A stretch of 64,000 nt of DNA from Verrucomicrobiia bacterium. GTDB taxonomy: Bacteria > Verrucomicrobiota > Verrucomicrobiia > Limisphaerales > UBA11358. The stretch spans positions 1,527 to 65,526 of the forward strand of contig DASZXH010000044.1 in assembly GCA_035545995.1 (NCBI GenBank). The letters are read 5' to 3'. Positions within the stretch are counted from its first letter, which is position 1. Every line of letters starts with the position of its first letter. This document shows, piece by piece, positions 36,186 through 45,745 of this stretch. The translations under genes were made by a program, and so were the position numbers. The notes below the pieces were generated by a model. The model was given only the letters and a program-made list of their open reading frames with translations, did not search any database and had not been told where the DNA came from.

Positions 36186-37736
36186 GTGAACGCGAAATCC
36201 GACGTCCAATTGCTGCGCGAATACGCCGCGCACGGCCACGAAGCCGCTTTCACCGAAATCGTCCGGCGACATTTGGATTTGGTTTATTCCGCCGCGTTAC
36301 GTCAGGTGGAATTGCCCGCTGCTGCCGACATCGCACAAAGTGTTTTTGTTGATCTCGCGCGCAAGGCAGCGTCCGTGAGTGAAAAATTTCCCGCCGACGC
36401 CGCGCTGACCGGCTGGTTGCATCGCAGCACGCGCTACGCCGCGCTCAATCATTTGCGCGACACACGCCGCCACCTCACAAATGAAAGGCAGGCCATGGAA
36501 CAACTTATCACCAATTCCGAATCCGACGCCGATTGGGAACAAATCCGTCCCGTGCTCGATGAAGCCCTCGACAACCTTGCCGACGAAGACCGCGAAGTTT
36601 TGCTGCTCCGCTATTTTGAAAATAAAAATCTGCGCGAAGTCGGCGAGCAATTGAAAATTTCCGATGCCGCCGCGCAAAAGCGAGTGAGCCGCGCCGTAGA
36701 AAAACTCCGTGAATTTTTCTCGAAACGAAAAATAACGATTGGCGCAAGCGGATTGACCATTTTGATTTCCGCCAACGCCGTCCAATCTGCGCCGATTGGA
36801 TTAGCTGCGACCATTTCTGCCGCCGCAGTTTTTACAGGAACGACGATTTCAACTTCAACGGCTATTGCCACAACCAAAGTGATTGCCATGACTACAATTC
36901 AAAAATCAATTATCGGAGCGACGCTCGCCATTGTCGCCGGAGCTGGAATTTTTGAGGCGCATCAAAATTCCAAGTTGCAAAACCAAATCCAAGCGCTCCA
37001 GCAACAGCAAACGCCGCTGAATGAACAAATTCAGCAATTGCAATCGGCATTGAACGAAGCGACGAATCAATTGGCTGCGTTACTTGCGGAGAACGCGCAG
37101 TTGAAATCCAATTCAAATGAAAATGAGCTTTTGAAATTGCGCGGCGAAGTGACGCAATTAAGGACAGCAAATTTACAAAAGGAAACTGACCCGACTGAAT
37201 CTGCCGCCAAAGTTTTGGTGGCCACAGTGAATCAACTTAAACAACGATTGGAACAAATGCCGTGGCAAAAGATTCCCGAACTTCAATTTCTAACAACTCA
37301 AGATTGGTTGAGAGAAGCTTCGCTTGTTGGCGACTTAAACACCGACGATGATTTTGACAGAGCGTTAGCTGAATTGCGGAGTAGTGCCAAACAAAGATTT
37401 GCGTATTCGATGGGCGCAGCTTTGGATGATTATATCGCAGCCAATAATGGACAGTTACCCAATGACATTTCAGACCTAAAATCTTACTTCAATCCGCCGG
37501 TGGATGACGCCATGCTTCAACGATACCAACTTCTACAGACAGGAAATTTGAATGATCTATCTACATCAGATTCATTGATCAAAGAAAAATCTCCCGTGAA
37601 TGACCAACATGACACGCTCATCACAATTGGAGCTTTTGGTTATCATTATGAGGGCGTTGGGGCGTGGGGCGGAAGCGGAACCGGCGGATTTGGAACAAAC
37701 ATAACGGCGAAAATAAAACCATTTGCAAAACAATGA
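36186..37736 (+). CDS. ECF-type sigma-70 factor fused to TM segments, a coiled coil and a C-terminal domain
   Basis: Region 2 is 'FTEIVRRHLDLVYSAALR'. The region 4 HTH is 'NLREVGEQLKISDAAAQKRVSRAVEKLR'. A hydrophobic stretch and a Gln/Leu heptad-rich segment follow. The start codon is GTG. Confidence 0.75.
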   Translation: MNAKSDVQLLREYAAHGHEAAFTEIVRRHLDLVYSAALRQVELPAAADIAQSVFVDLARKAASVSEKFPADAALTGWLHRSTRYAALNHLRDTRRHLTNERQAMEQLITNSESDADWEQIRPVLDEALDNLADEDREVLLLRYFENKNLREVGEQLKISDAAAQKRVSRAVEKLREFFSKRKITIGASGLTILISANAVQSAPIGLAATISAAAVFTGTTISTSTAIATTKVIAMTTIQKSIIGATLAIVAGAGIFEAHQNSKLQNQIQALQQQQTPLNEQIQQLQSALNEATNQLAALLAENAQLKSNSNENELLKLRGEVTQLRTANLQKETDPTESAAKVLVATVNQLKQRLEQMPWQKIPELQFLTTQDWLREASLVGDLNTDDDFDRALAELRSSAKQRFAYSMGAALDDYIAANNGQLPNDISDLKSYFNPPVDDAMLQRYQLLQTGNLNDLSTSDSLIKEKSPVNDQHDTLITIGAFGYHYEGVGAWGGSGTGGFGTNITAKIKPFAKQ

Positions 37737-37811
37737 ATCATTGTAACGCCTTCACCGCGATGTCGCGGCGGAAATGCGCGCCTACGGCACTCAAAATTTG
37801 TCTGACGAATT

Positions 37812-37977
37812 TTCACAAAAGGCAATGAAGGAAACGAAAATTTTGTAGGAGCCGACGTGAGGAGGCTTTGACCAAACATTTGAGCGATGACGTCATTTGG
37901 CTGGCAGAAACGCCTGCGGGCGTCCGTGGTCGATTTAGAACACCATCTTCGTTCCCTTTGTTTGCTTCTGTAAAAAC
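37812..37977. repeat. possible MITE-like element with imperfect ~28-bp terminal inverted repeats
   Basis: TTTCACAAAAGGCAATGAAGGAAACGAA matches the reverse complement of TTCGTTCCCTTTGTTTGCTTCTGTAAAA at about 20/28 positions by eye. The interior has ATGACGTCAT and ACGCCtgcgGGCGT palindromes. Confidence 0.3.
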
Positions 37978-37997
37978 TTTTCGCTAAATTTGTCGAA

Positions 37998-38378
37998 ATG
38001 AAAGTTGGCAAATTGCTGCACACGCGCTATCGCGTGAACGATTTGGAACGCACCGTGAAATTTTATCGCGACGTGCTTGGCCTTGAGGAAACCCGCCGTC
38101 ACAAATCGCCACGCGGATCGGAATTGGTTTTTCTCAAATCCGCCGGCAGCGCCGAAGAAATCGAGATTTGCTATTTTCCCAACAGCGAATCCGTCAAATG
38201 CCAGCCGGATTTAACGCATCTCGCGTTTGAAGTCGAAAGTCTCACGGAATTTGAAAAGCACCTTGCCAAACTCGGTATCAAATTTTCCGACGGCCCGACA
38301 ACAACTTCCAGCGGCAGCGTCATCGCTTTCGTGGATGCGCCCGAAGGCTATGAAATTGAATTGATTCAGAAGAAATAA
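37998..38378 (+). CDS. VOC-family protein, glyoxalase I-like
   Basis: 'LLHTRYRVNDLERTVKFYRDVLGL' and the C-terminal 'FVDAPEGYEIELIQ' are present. Confidence 0.8.
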   Translation: MKVGKLLHTRYRVNDLERTVKFYRDVLGLEETRRHKSPRGSELVFLKSAGSAEEIEICYFPNSESVKCQPDLTHLAFEVESLTEFEKHLAKLGIKFSDGPTTTSSGSVIAFVDAPEGYEIELIQKK

Positions 38379-38431
38379 TTACGTCAGAATTTTCCGACTT
38401 CCAACTCCAATCTCCCAACTGCTAAATCAAA

Positions 38432-39331
38432 ATGAGCGTTTTAATCGTCGGCTCCACGGCGCTGGACTCCATCAAAACTCCGCGCGCGGAAAATCCCAAA
38501 TTGCTCGGCGGCTCGGCCAGCCACGCGGCGGTCGCGGCCAGTTTTTTTTCGCCGGTCAAATTGATTGGCGTTGTCGGCGAGGATTTTCCGAAAAAATACA
38601 TTGAATTGTATCGCCGGCACAAAATTGACTTGAACGGATTGCAGATTCAGCCGGGAAAAACATTTCATTGGAGCGGCGAATACGAATTGAATATGAACAA
38701 TCGCCGCACGTTGTTGACCGAACTCGGCGTGTTCGAGAATTTCACGCCGCATTTGCCCGACGCGCACAAAAAATCCGAATTCGTCCTGCTCGCGAACATT
38801 GCGCCCGCGTTGCAACATCACGTGCTCGACCAAATGCAACGGCCAAAATTTGTCATCGCCGACACGATGGATTTGTGGCTGAACATCGCGCTCAACGATT
38901 TGCTGAAATTGCTGCCGCGCATTGACGGTTTCGTTTTGAACGACAGCGAAGCGCATCAACTTACAAAGAAAGACAACGTTTTTGCCGCGCTGAAAAAAAT
39001 CCACAAGCTCGGCCCGAAATACGTCATCATCAAAAAAGGTTCGCACGGCTCGATTTTATCCTCGCCCAAAGGACTTTTCATTTGTCCGGCGTATCCGCTC
39101 AACCAAGTCATTGACCCGACCGGCGCGGGTGATTCATTTGTCGGCGGCCTGATGGGATTTTTGGCGACGGCCAAAGGCTCGATTGAAAATAATTTCCGCC
39201 GCGCGATGATTTACGGCAGCGTCACCGCCAGTTTTTGCTGCGAAGGTTTTGGCTTGAACCGCACCACGAAAATCAAACGCGCCGACATTGAAAAGCGCGT
39301 GAAGGAATTGGAAAAGTTGACGAAGTTTTAA
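38432..39331 (+). CDS. PfkB-family carbohydrate kinase
   Basis: 'DPTGAGDSFVGG' is the ribokinase-family ATP/anion-hole motif. The N-terminus reads 'VLIVGSTALDSI'. Confidence 0.85.
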   Translation: MSVLIVGSTALDSIKTPRAENPKLLGGSASHAAVAASFFSPVKLIGVVGEDFPKKYIELYRRHKIDLNGLQIQPGKTFHWSGEYELNMNNRRTLLTELGVFENFTPHLPDAHKKSEFVLLANIAPALQHHVLDQMQRPKFVIADTMDLWLNIALNDLLKLLPRIDGFVLNDSEAHQLTKKDNVFAALKKIHKLGPKYVIIKKGSHGSILSSPKGLFICPAYPLNQVIDPTGAGDSFVGGLMGFLATAKGSIENNFRRAMIYGSVTASFCCEGFGLNRTTKIKRADIEKRVKELEKLTKF

Positions 39332-39390
39332 TCGAGGTCGAAGAAATCGTGTTAATTGAGTCTATCAAATCTAGCGATGACAATTGAAGA

Positions 39391-39778
39391 TTATCCTTCA
39401 ATTTTTCCGTTTACTGAAACAATGAAAGATGAACCGCGTTTGGCGTTTTCCGCTTTTTCAATAATTTGCGGAAAACATTTAGTAAATTTTTGTGCTTGAT
39501 CCCAAAATTTCATGTTTAACCATCCGGGCTTTAAGAAGAAAATAGTATGTCCTGCTTCTTTCCACGCAGCTATTTCATGCGGATTTTTCCCCAATCCGAA
39601 CATCAGCCGTCACAATAATCCAATCTTCTTGCTGTGCGAGTTGTCTCATCCAAACCGTATCTTCCGTATTTGCCGCAAATTGTTCTTTCAAATGAACAAC
39701 TTGATGGTCTGGAGAAACAAAACCATTTAGTCCTTTGGCAATTTTTGCAGCCAAATTGTTATCGAAGAAAAATTTCAC
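39391..39778 (-). pseudogene. DUF5615 / VapC45-like PIN-type toxin gene disrupted by a 1-nt frameshift
   Basis: Two ORFs (39778->39575 and 39603->39391) join into one ~130-aa protein if one base is removed from the G4/A5 run (plus strand T5C4, 39584-39592). The junction reads ...TADVRIG|KNPHEIAAW... Confidence 0.55.
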
Positions 39779-40467
39779 GCGGCGAGCGATTGCTCGTAGT
39801 CAATAGCCTCTTGGACAGATTTTGGACTAATTTCATACCACCTTGCGACTTCTTCCACCGAACCATTGGCTTGATAACTTTTTGCTAATGTTTGCGTAGG
39901 GATTCCATTTGTCACAATCGTTGGTTGTCCAAAATTTTTTCGCGGATCTACTACAATTGAATGGTCTGTTCCAAGCGGCCACCAACGTTCGAGAATCGTT
40001 CCGTCCTTAAATTCCAATTGCTTCAAAAATGGCTTTGTAATTTCAGTAAAAACACGCTGGTCAGTGGCAATTTCTTCAAGACAAGTCTCGCCAGTTTCTT
40101 CATGCACTTCTCGAAGTATCTGATGACCATCCGTAAAAAATTTCTGCGTGCAAAATGGATGGTCTGCTTCTGGATAAAGTTTTTGCGCCTTTTCGCGAAC
40201 TTTATGAATTATATGCCAAGAAACGCCCTGATTTAAGAAGGCATCAACGAATTTGATTTCAATCAAATCTAAAAAGCCAAGGGCAACTTTATTTTCCAGC
40301 GATGGCAGTTGGCTTTTCCAAAGCGGAGGGTAATTTTTCTTTCGCAAATCGGAGTGATAACCGCGCAACCAGCGACGAATACGATCTTTGGAAACACCGG
40401 TCAACCGCCATGCTTCGTTGACGGTGTAAATTCCAGTATTCAGATAAACTGTTTTCCTGTCCGTCAT
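39775..40467 (-). CDS. DUF433-domain protein with N-terminal HTH, VapB45-like antitoxin
   Basis: The C-terminal 'FGQPTIVTNGIPTQTLAKSYQANGSVEEVARWYEISPKSVQEAIDYE' is the DUF433 signature. A 4-bp overlap links it to the downstream toxin remnant. Confidence 0.7.
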   Translation of the reverse strand: MTDRKTVYLNTGIYTVNEAWRLTGVSKDRIRRWLRGYHSDLRKKNYPPLWKSQLPSLENKVALGFLDLIEIKFVDAFLNQGVSWHIIHKVREKAQKLYPEADHPFCTQKFFTDGHQILREVHEETGETCLEEIATDQRVFTEITKPFLKQLEFKDGTILERWWPLGTDHSIVVDPRKNFGQPTIVTNGIPTQTLAKSYQANGSVEEVARWYEISPKSVQEAIDYEQSLAA

Positions 40468-40541
40468 AAAGTTATTTACAGATTGTTCACAGCCAATTAA
40501 CAGTCAAAAACTGCGGCATTCAACTTAAATTTTAGGATAAT

Positions 40542-41783
40542 TTACCTTCTCCGTCTCGCCGGACCAAAATGATAACCGCCGTGAACGCGGACGGCGCGGG
40601 CTTTGCCGGGAAAACCGCCTTGTCTGCCGGGTTTATTTTCGTCGAAAAGCGTCGTGTATTTGTAGTCGAAATTTTCCAGTTTCACGCGCTCGATTTTCTT
40701 GCTGATGAACCGTTCGATGGCAAAAACGTGGCTGGCGTCCTCGGCGGTCATAATCGTGAAAGCGTCGCCGGTGGCTTCGGCGCGTCCGGTGCGCCCGATG
40801 CGGTGGATGTAATCTTCGGGATGTTGCGGCACGTCGTAGTTGACGACGTGGCTCACGTCGGCGATATCGAGTCCGCGCGCGGCGATATCCGTGGCGACAA
40901 GCACTTCAAATCGTCCGTCGCGAAAACCTTTGAGCGCCTGCTCGCGCTCGCGTTGGGTGCGATTGGAATGCAGCACGGCGACGGCGTGATTCGCGCGCTT
41001 GAGCGTGTGCGCGATGCGGTCGGCGCCGTATTTCGTGCGGCAAAAAACCAGCACGGAATTGTAATTTACGGAATCGAGCAACTTGAGCAGCAGATCGGTC
41101 TTTTGCGAATCGGCAACGGGATAAATGACGTGCTTCACCGTTTCGGCGGGCGAACGGCGCGCGCCGATTTCGACCGTTTCGGGACTGCGCATCGCCCATT
41201 TGATGAGCGTTTCGATTTGTGGCGGAATTGTCGCAGAAAAAAGCGCGGTGTGACGCGCGCGCGGACAGCGTTCGACAATTTTGCGAACGTCCGGCAGAAA
41301 TCCCATGTCCAGCATCCGGTCGGCTTCATCCAAAACCAGAAATTCAATTTTGTCCAGACGCACCGTGCCGTGTTCGAGGTGATCGAGCAACCGTCCGGGC
41401 GTGGCGACAATGATGTCCGTGCCGGCGCGCAGCGAATCGTTTTGCCGACCGTAACCGACGCCGCCGAAAACGACCGTGATGCGCAAATCGGTAAAACGCG
41501 CGTAATCGCGAAAAGACGTTTCCACTTGTGCGGCAAGTTCGCGCGTGGGTTCGAGCACGAGCGCGCGCGGAAATTTTTCCGGCGACCGTTTTTCGAGTTT
41601 GGAAAGAATCGGCAGGGCGAACGCCGCCGTTTTGCCTGTGCCGGTTTGCGCGCTGCCGATGACGTCTTTGCCAGACAAAATCAGCGGAATGGCGCGCAGT
41701 TGAATGGGCGTCGGCTCGACGTAACCCATCGCTTTCACGCCTTCAACGATTTTTTCGGAAAGGCCTAATTTGCCAAATGCCAT
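40542..41783 (-). CDS. rhlE: DEAD-box ATP-dependent RNA helicase (RhlE-like)
   Basis: The motifs are 'AQTGTGKTAAF', 'PTRELA', 'VLDEADRMLDMGF', 'SAT' and 'HRIGRTGRA'. Confidence 0.9.
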   Translation of the reverse strand: MAFGKLGLSEKIVEGVKAMGYVEPTPIQLRAIPLILSGKDVIGSAQTGTGKTAAFALPILSKLEKRSPEKFPRALVLEPTRELAAQVETSFRDYARFTDLRITVVFGGVGYGRQNDSLRAGTDIIVATPGRLLDHLEHGTVRLDKIEFLVLDEADRMLDMGFLPDVRKIVERCPRARHTALFSATIPPQIETLIKWAMRSPETVEIGARRSPAETVKHVIYPVADSQKTDLLLKLLDSVNYNSVLVFCRTKYGADRIAHTLKRANHAVAVLHSNRTQREREQALKGFRDGRFEVLVATDIAARGLDIADVSHVVNYDVPQHPEDYIHRIGRTGRAEATGDAFTIMTAEDASHVFAIERFISKKIERVKLENFDYKYTTLFDENKPGRQGGFPGKARAVRVHGGYHFGPARRRR

Positions 41784-41825
41784 GAGCTAATTTAGCAGAT
41801 TGGAAAATTAAGGGAAGCGGCGAAT

Positions 41826-43559
41826 TTACGACGGTGACGAAACTTCTTCCGCCGATTTAGACAAATTTGTTTCCGGCGTTTCCGCTGGCGACAAATTTTC
41901 CGGCGGAGTTGAAGCGGCAATTTCCGCCGTCGTTACCGCAACCGTTTCAGTTGTGCTTTCAGGCGTAACTTCCGTCGCGGATTTTTCTTCAACTTTTTCG
42001 TCAGATTTCTTTTCCACCTTTTCGGGCTTCGGCGGTTTGGGCAACGGTTTTTTCGCCGTTTCCATCCGGCCATCGGCAAATTCCAAAACGTGGCCTTGAT
42101 GAATCAGCCAGTGCAAATCGGAAATCACCGCCGTTTGTTCCGGCGTCGGTTCGACAGATTTCGGTTTTTGTTCCGCCGGTTTTGTTTCCGGCGCGGGCAC
42201 AGATGTGGCGGCTTGAGTTTCGCCTTCCGCTGTTGGTGCAGGAGCAGATTCTGCAACCGCTTCCGTTTTTGGCACGATTTCAATTTTCTCAACCTTCGGC
42301 ATGGGCGCGAGCGATTCAATCAATTTTTTGCGCGTGGTTTTTAGATTCGCGTTGAGAAATTCGACGATGCGTTTTACGCCATCCGAAACCGGCGTGGTTT
42401 CCAAATCCAAAAATTGCGGGCGCGCGACGCTGACATGCACGGCCATTTTATTGACCTTGAAAAATTGCAGGCCGTGCGCGGCGAATTGATGGCTCAATTT
42501 TGTCGCCACTTGCAGCGGAAAATGTTTTTGATGCTCCCATTCCTTGCGAATGAGACGATAAAGTCCGTCGCTGCGGAGATTACGACTGGCTGCGCCCGCG
42601 ACGATGTGCGATTCAACCGCTTTAATAATTGAATCTTTGTGCGTCGCGCGAAAATGTTTTTCGACTTCTTCGAGTGATGGCAACTTCAACGGCTCGGCGA
42701 TGTTCAACGCGGTGTATTCCGTTTTGAAGCTTTGCTCTTCCAGCCATTTTTTGACGACGGTTTCGTCCTTCACGATTTTCACGCGCGCTTTGAAAACGTC
42801 GAACGGCATCCGCGCAAATTTTTCCGCGTGCAATTTGCGCAGTTGATTTTGGTAATCGTGATAATTCGGCGGGCCGAGAATCACGCCGCTCATGCCGCAT
42901 TGTGCGACAAAAGTGTAAGTGCCCTTCGGCGGTTCGGTCGGCGTGCGGTCGGTCTGATAAAACGTGACGAAATGATTTTTGAGCACGTGCGCGACGGCTT
43001 CGTCCTCGGAAAGCCACGGCGTGTCGTCCAGCGCGCAAACGAAAATTTGTTGCGCAATCGTGCCGTCGGCTTTTTTCTTCGCCTTGAGTTGAACGGAATA
43101 ACGTTCCGCCTTTTGCAAAATCAATTCCGCGATTTGAAACAGCGGATACGCGCGACCCGTCACGCGGATTTGCCGCGCGAGTTGCTCGACGCCTTTTTCT
43201 TCGGGCAAAAACGCGACGTTCAATTCCGGCAATGGCTTTTCTTCGTTGGAGCGTTGAGGCGTTGAAGCGTTGAAGCGGTCGCCTTCGCGATTTCCACCGC
43301 GACGAAAATCGCGTTTGCCGCCCGGCTTGCCGCCGAATTTCTTTTCACCACGCGGACGGTCGCCGCCGCCAAATCCGCCGCCGGCATTTTCGCGACGCGG
43401 ACCACGGCGTTCGCCGCGCTGGCCACCACCGCGACGTTCGGGCTTCACGCCTTCGTTGCCGGTGAATTTTTCAAATTTGTTCGCCTCGGTTTTGCCCTGC
43501 GCCCAAGCGGGCTGGAACAGGGTGTCCAAATCGAGACCTAAATCAGGCACAGTGCTCAT
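41826..43559 (-). CDS. conserved hypothetical protein with N-terminal RGG/Gly-Arg-rich region and Pro/Glu/Lys-rich tail
   Basis: The start was set at ATG 43559 (MSTVPDLG...). 'RRGGGQRGERRGPRRENAGGGFGGGDRPRGEKKFGGKPGGKRDFRRGG' is followed by a globular core of about 330 aa. No family was recognised. Confidence 0.6.
   Translation of the reverse strand: MSTVPDLGLDLDTLFQPAWAQGKTEANKFEKFTGNEGVKPERRGGGQRGERRGPRRENAGGGFGGGDRPRGEKKFGGKPGGKRDFRRGGNREGDRFNASTPQRSNEEKPLPELNVAFLPEEKGVEQLARQIRVTGRAYPLFQIAELILQKAERYSVQLKAKKKADGTIAQQIFVCALDDTPWLSEDEAVAHVLKNHFVTFYQTDRTPTEPPKGTYTFVAQCGMSGVILGPPNYHDYQNQLRKLHAEKFARMPFDVFKARVKIVKDETVVKKWLEEQSFKTEYTALNIAEPLKLPSLEEVEKHFRATHKDSIIKAVESHIVAGAASRNLRSDGLYRLIRKEWEHQKHFPLQVATKLSHQFAAHGLQFFKVNKMAVHVSVARPQFLDLETTPVSDGVKRIVEFLNANLKTTRKKLIESLAPMPKVEKIEIVPKTEAVAESAPAPTAEGETQAATSVPAPETKPAEQKPKSVEPTPEQTAVISDLHWLIHQGHVLEFADGRMETAKKPLPKPPKPEKVEKKSDEKVEEKSATEVTPESTTETVAVTTAEIAASTPPENLSPAETPETNLSKSAEEVSSPS
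43244..43275. repeat. 4 tandem 8-mers CGTTGRRG inside the RGG-protein CDS
   Basis: Read directly: cgttggag cgttgagg cgttgaag cgttgaag. Same family as 19402-19483. It is translated as 'RFNASTPQRSNE'. Confidence 0.6.
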
Positions 43560-43683
43560 GTAAAAAATGCCCCGACACGCGGGGTTGAAATGGATGATTA
43601 TGATGGATTGACGCAGTGCAGAAAGCAAGCGCGGCTTCGGATGCTTTCTACAAAATTGACTTGGCAATTCTGAAACGTTGCCA

Positions 43684-43983
43684 TCAATCATCACCAGCCG
43701 AACGACTGATGAACCATATAATTCCTCGAATAAACGCGACGAGACCAATAGCTATCAACGGCAGAAACCAATGTAATTCTGGATAAAACCGTTTCAAAAT
43801 AATTACGGCGGTAATAACGATGCCGATAAAAATAACCTCAAGCCAAATGAGATTATGCCAATTAAGTATCAAGCCGACGTTATCTAATGCTTCGTCAGGA
43901 AAAATAATTACGATAGCAAGCCCAAGAAACATCCAATCATACCAAGTTGCGCCTTTTGAGCCGAGATAAATCCAAGCAATCAT
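43684..43983 (-). CDS. hypothetical small membrane protein (3 TM)
   Basis: 99-aa hydrophobic ORF in a stretch that looks AT-rich by eye. No family was recognised. Confidence 0.4.
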   Translation of the reverse strand: MIAWIYLGSKGATWYDWMFLGLAIVIIFPDEALDNVGLILNWHNLIWLEVIFIGIVITAVIILKRFYPELHWFLPLIAIGLVAFIRGIIWFISRSAGDD

Positions 43984-44017
43984 ATTTCATAGGCGACTAA
44001 CAATGGAGAAAATGTCG

Positions 44018-44581
44018 TTACTTTTTACGAGTCCACGTCATTGTTCCCTTTGTTTTATTGTGACCTCCGTTTGCAGTTATCGTGTAAACATCAATCTCAC
44101 AAATCAGTTCGTCGTTATTTACGCTAATAATTTTGTGCTGGTTTACGAATCCTCCATTCGCTAAGCCTTTTTTAAGATCGTCTCCGACTGCGCCTTGAGG
44201 GATTGGATTGGCTTTTGTGATGGTTGTTATCAAGATGCCATCTTTGATTTGCCACGTTCCCAAGCCTAGAAAATTATTTCGCTCTGTTTTATGAACCTCT
44301 ATGGTCTGCTTTGCATAGTTGCCGTTGGGAGCAAGGGTGAATGTGTTTTCGGAAATGATGCCAAATACTTTATTCGTTGAGCTATATTCCCAAACTCCAG
44401 TGACCTTTTGACGTAATTCTTCATCGCTCGGTGGTTGTTGAACCTCTTGATTTGTCAAAACTATGGCAGGTGCGGTGTTTGTTTGTGACGTAGGGTTGTT
44501 ATTTTGTGATGAATTATTTTTATTACAACCCATCAGCAAAACACAGACCGCAGTAATTCCAATGATACCGATGGCTTTCAT
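44018..44581 (-). CDS. hypothetical lipoprotein (lipocalin-like?)
   Basis: The lipobox 'LLMGC' follows a signal sequence, and the body is beta-rich. The region looks AT-rich by eye. Confidence 0.5.
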   Translation of the reverse strand: MKAIGIIGITAVCVLLMGCNKNNSSQNNNPTSQTNTAPAIVLTNQEVQQPPSDEELRQKVTGVWEYSSTNKVFGIISENTFTLAPNGNYAKQTIEVHKTERNNFLGLGTWQIKDGILITTITKANPIPQGAVGDDLKKGLANGGFVNQHKIISVNNDELICEIDVYTITANGGHNKTKGTMTWTRKK

Positions 44582-44589
44582 AAGGTTAA

Positions 44590-45642
44590 TTATTCAGTCG
44601 GAGTCGCGTTTCGCTTTTCCAAAATCGCATCCACGATTTTCTTTGCCAATTCCGGTTTTTCTTCGAGCGATTTTTTGGCGGCGTCCTTGCCTTGACCGAT
44701 GAGCGCGCCGTCGAATTGCAGCCACGCGCCTTTTTTCTCCACCACGCCGGTTTCGACGCCCACGTCCAAAATGCTGCCTTCCTTGTCTATGCCATGATTG
44801 TAAATGATGTCGAACTCGGCTTCGGCGAACGGCGGCGCAACTTTGTTCTTCACGATTTTCACGCGCGTATGGTTGCCAATCGCGTTGCCGGCGGAATCTT
44901 TCAGCGTGTCTTTGCGGCGGATATCAATACGCACGCTCGCGTAAAATTTCAACGCTTTGCCACCGGGCGTTGTTTCGGGATTGCCGAACATGACGCCGAC
45001 TTTTTCGCGCAACTGATTTGTGAAAACGCACGTCGTTTTCGACTTGTTCAAAATTGCGGTCAACTTGCGCAATGCCTGCGACATCAAGCGCGCTTGCATA
45101 CCCATCGTGGCCATGCCCATGTCGCCTTCGAGTTCGGCTTTCGGCACGAGCGCGGCGACGGAATCCACGACAATCACGTCGAGCGCGTTCGAGCGCGCGA
45201 GCGTTTCGCAAATCGTCAACGCTTCTTCGCCGGAATCCGGTTGCGAGACGAGCAAATCGTCCAGATTTACGCCGAGTTTTTTGGCGTAAGCGGGGTCAAG
45301 CGCGTGTTCGGCGTCAATGAACGCGGCAAGTCCGCCCGCTTTTTGCGCGTTGGCGATGACGTGAAGCATGAGCGTGGTTTTGCCGGAAGATTCGGGGCCG
45401 AAGATTTCGATGACACGACCGCGCGGCAAACCGCCGACGCCGAGCGCGAGGTCAATCGCCAATCCGCCGGTCGGAATGACTTCGATTTTCACCTGCGCGC
45501 GCGCGTCGCCGAGCCGCATGATCGCGCCTTCGCCGTAATTTTTCGTGATGTCGGAAATCGCGGATTCCAGCGCGCGGTCGCGGGCGGCGGAAGTTTTGGT
45601 TTCAGCGGAATTTTTTTCGGGTTTTTCAGCGGTTTTGGCCAT
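44590..45642 (-). CDS. recA: recombinase RecA
   Basis: The motifs are '[13 protein letters not shown]', 'FIDAEHALD' and 'VVDSVAAL'. Confidence 0.97.
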   Translation of the reverse strand: MAKTAEKPEKNSAETKTSAARDRALESAISDITKNYGEGAIMRLGDARAQVKIEVIPTGGLAIDLALGVGGLPRGRVIEIFGPESSGKTTLMLHVIANAQKAGGLAAFIDAEHALDPAYAKKLGVNLDDLLVSQPDSGEEALTICETLARSNALDVIVVDSVAALVPKAELEGDMGMATMGMQARLMSQALRKLTAILNKSKTTCVFTNQLREKVGVMFGNPETTPGGKALKFYASVRIDIRRKDTLKDSAGNAIGNHTRVKIVKNKVAPPFAEAEFDIIYNHGIDKEGSILDVGVETGVVEKKGAWLQFDGALIGQGKDAAKKSLEEKPELAKKIVDAILEKRNATPTE

Positions 45643-45745
45643 AGAATTTTCAGGATTTTGACGTTGAAAACGACGTTAACCAACCGTCGTAAAATGGTCA
45701 ATCGAATTGAATTGAAAACGGCGGGCATTTTCGCAAATTGTTCGT

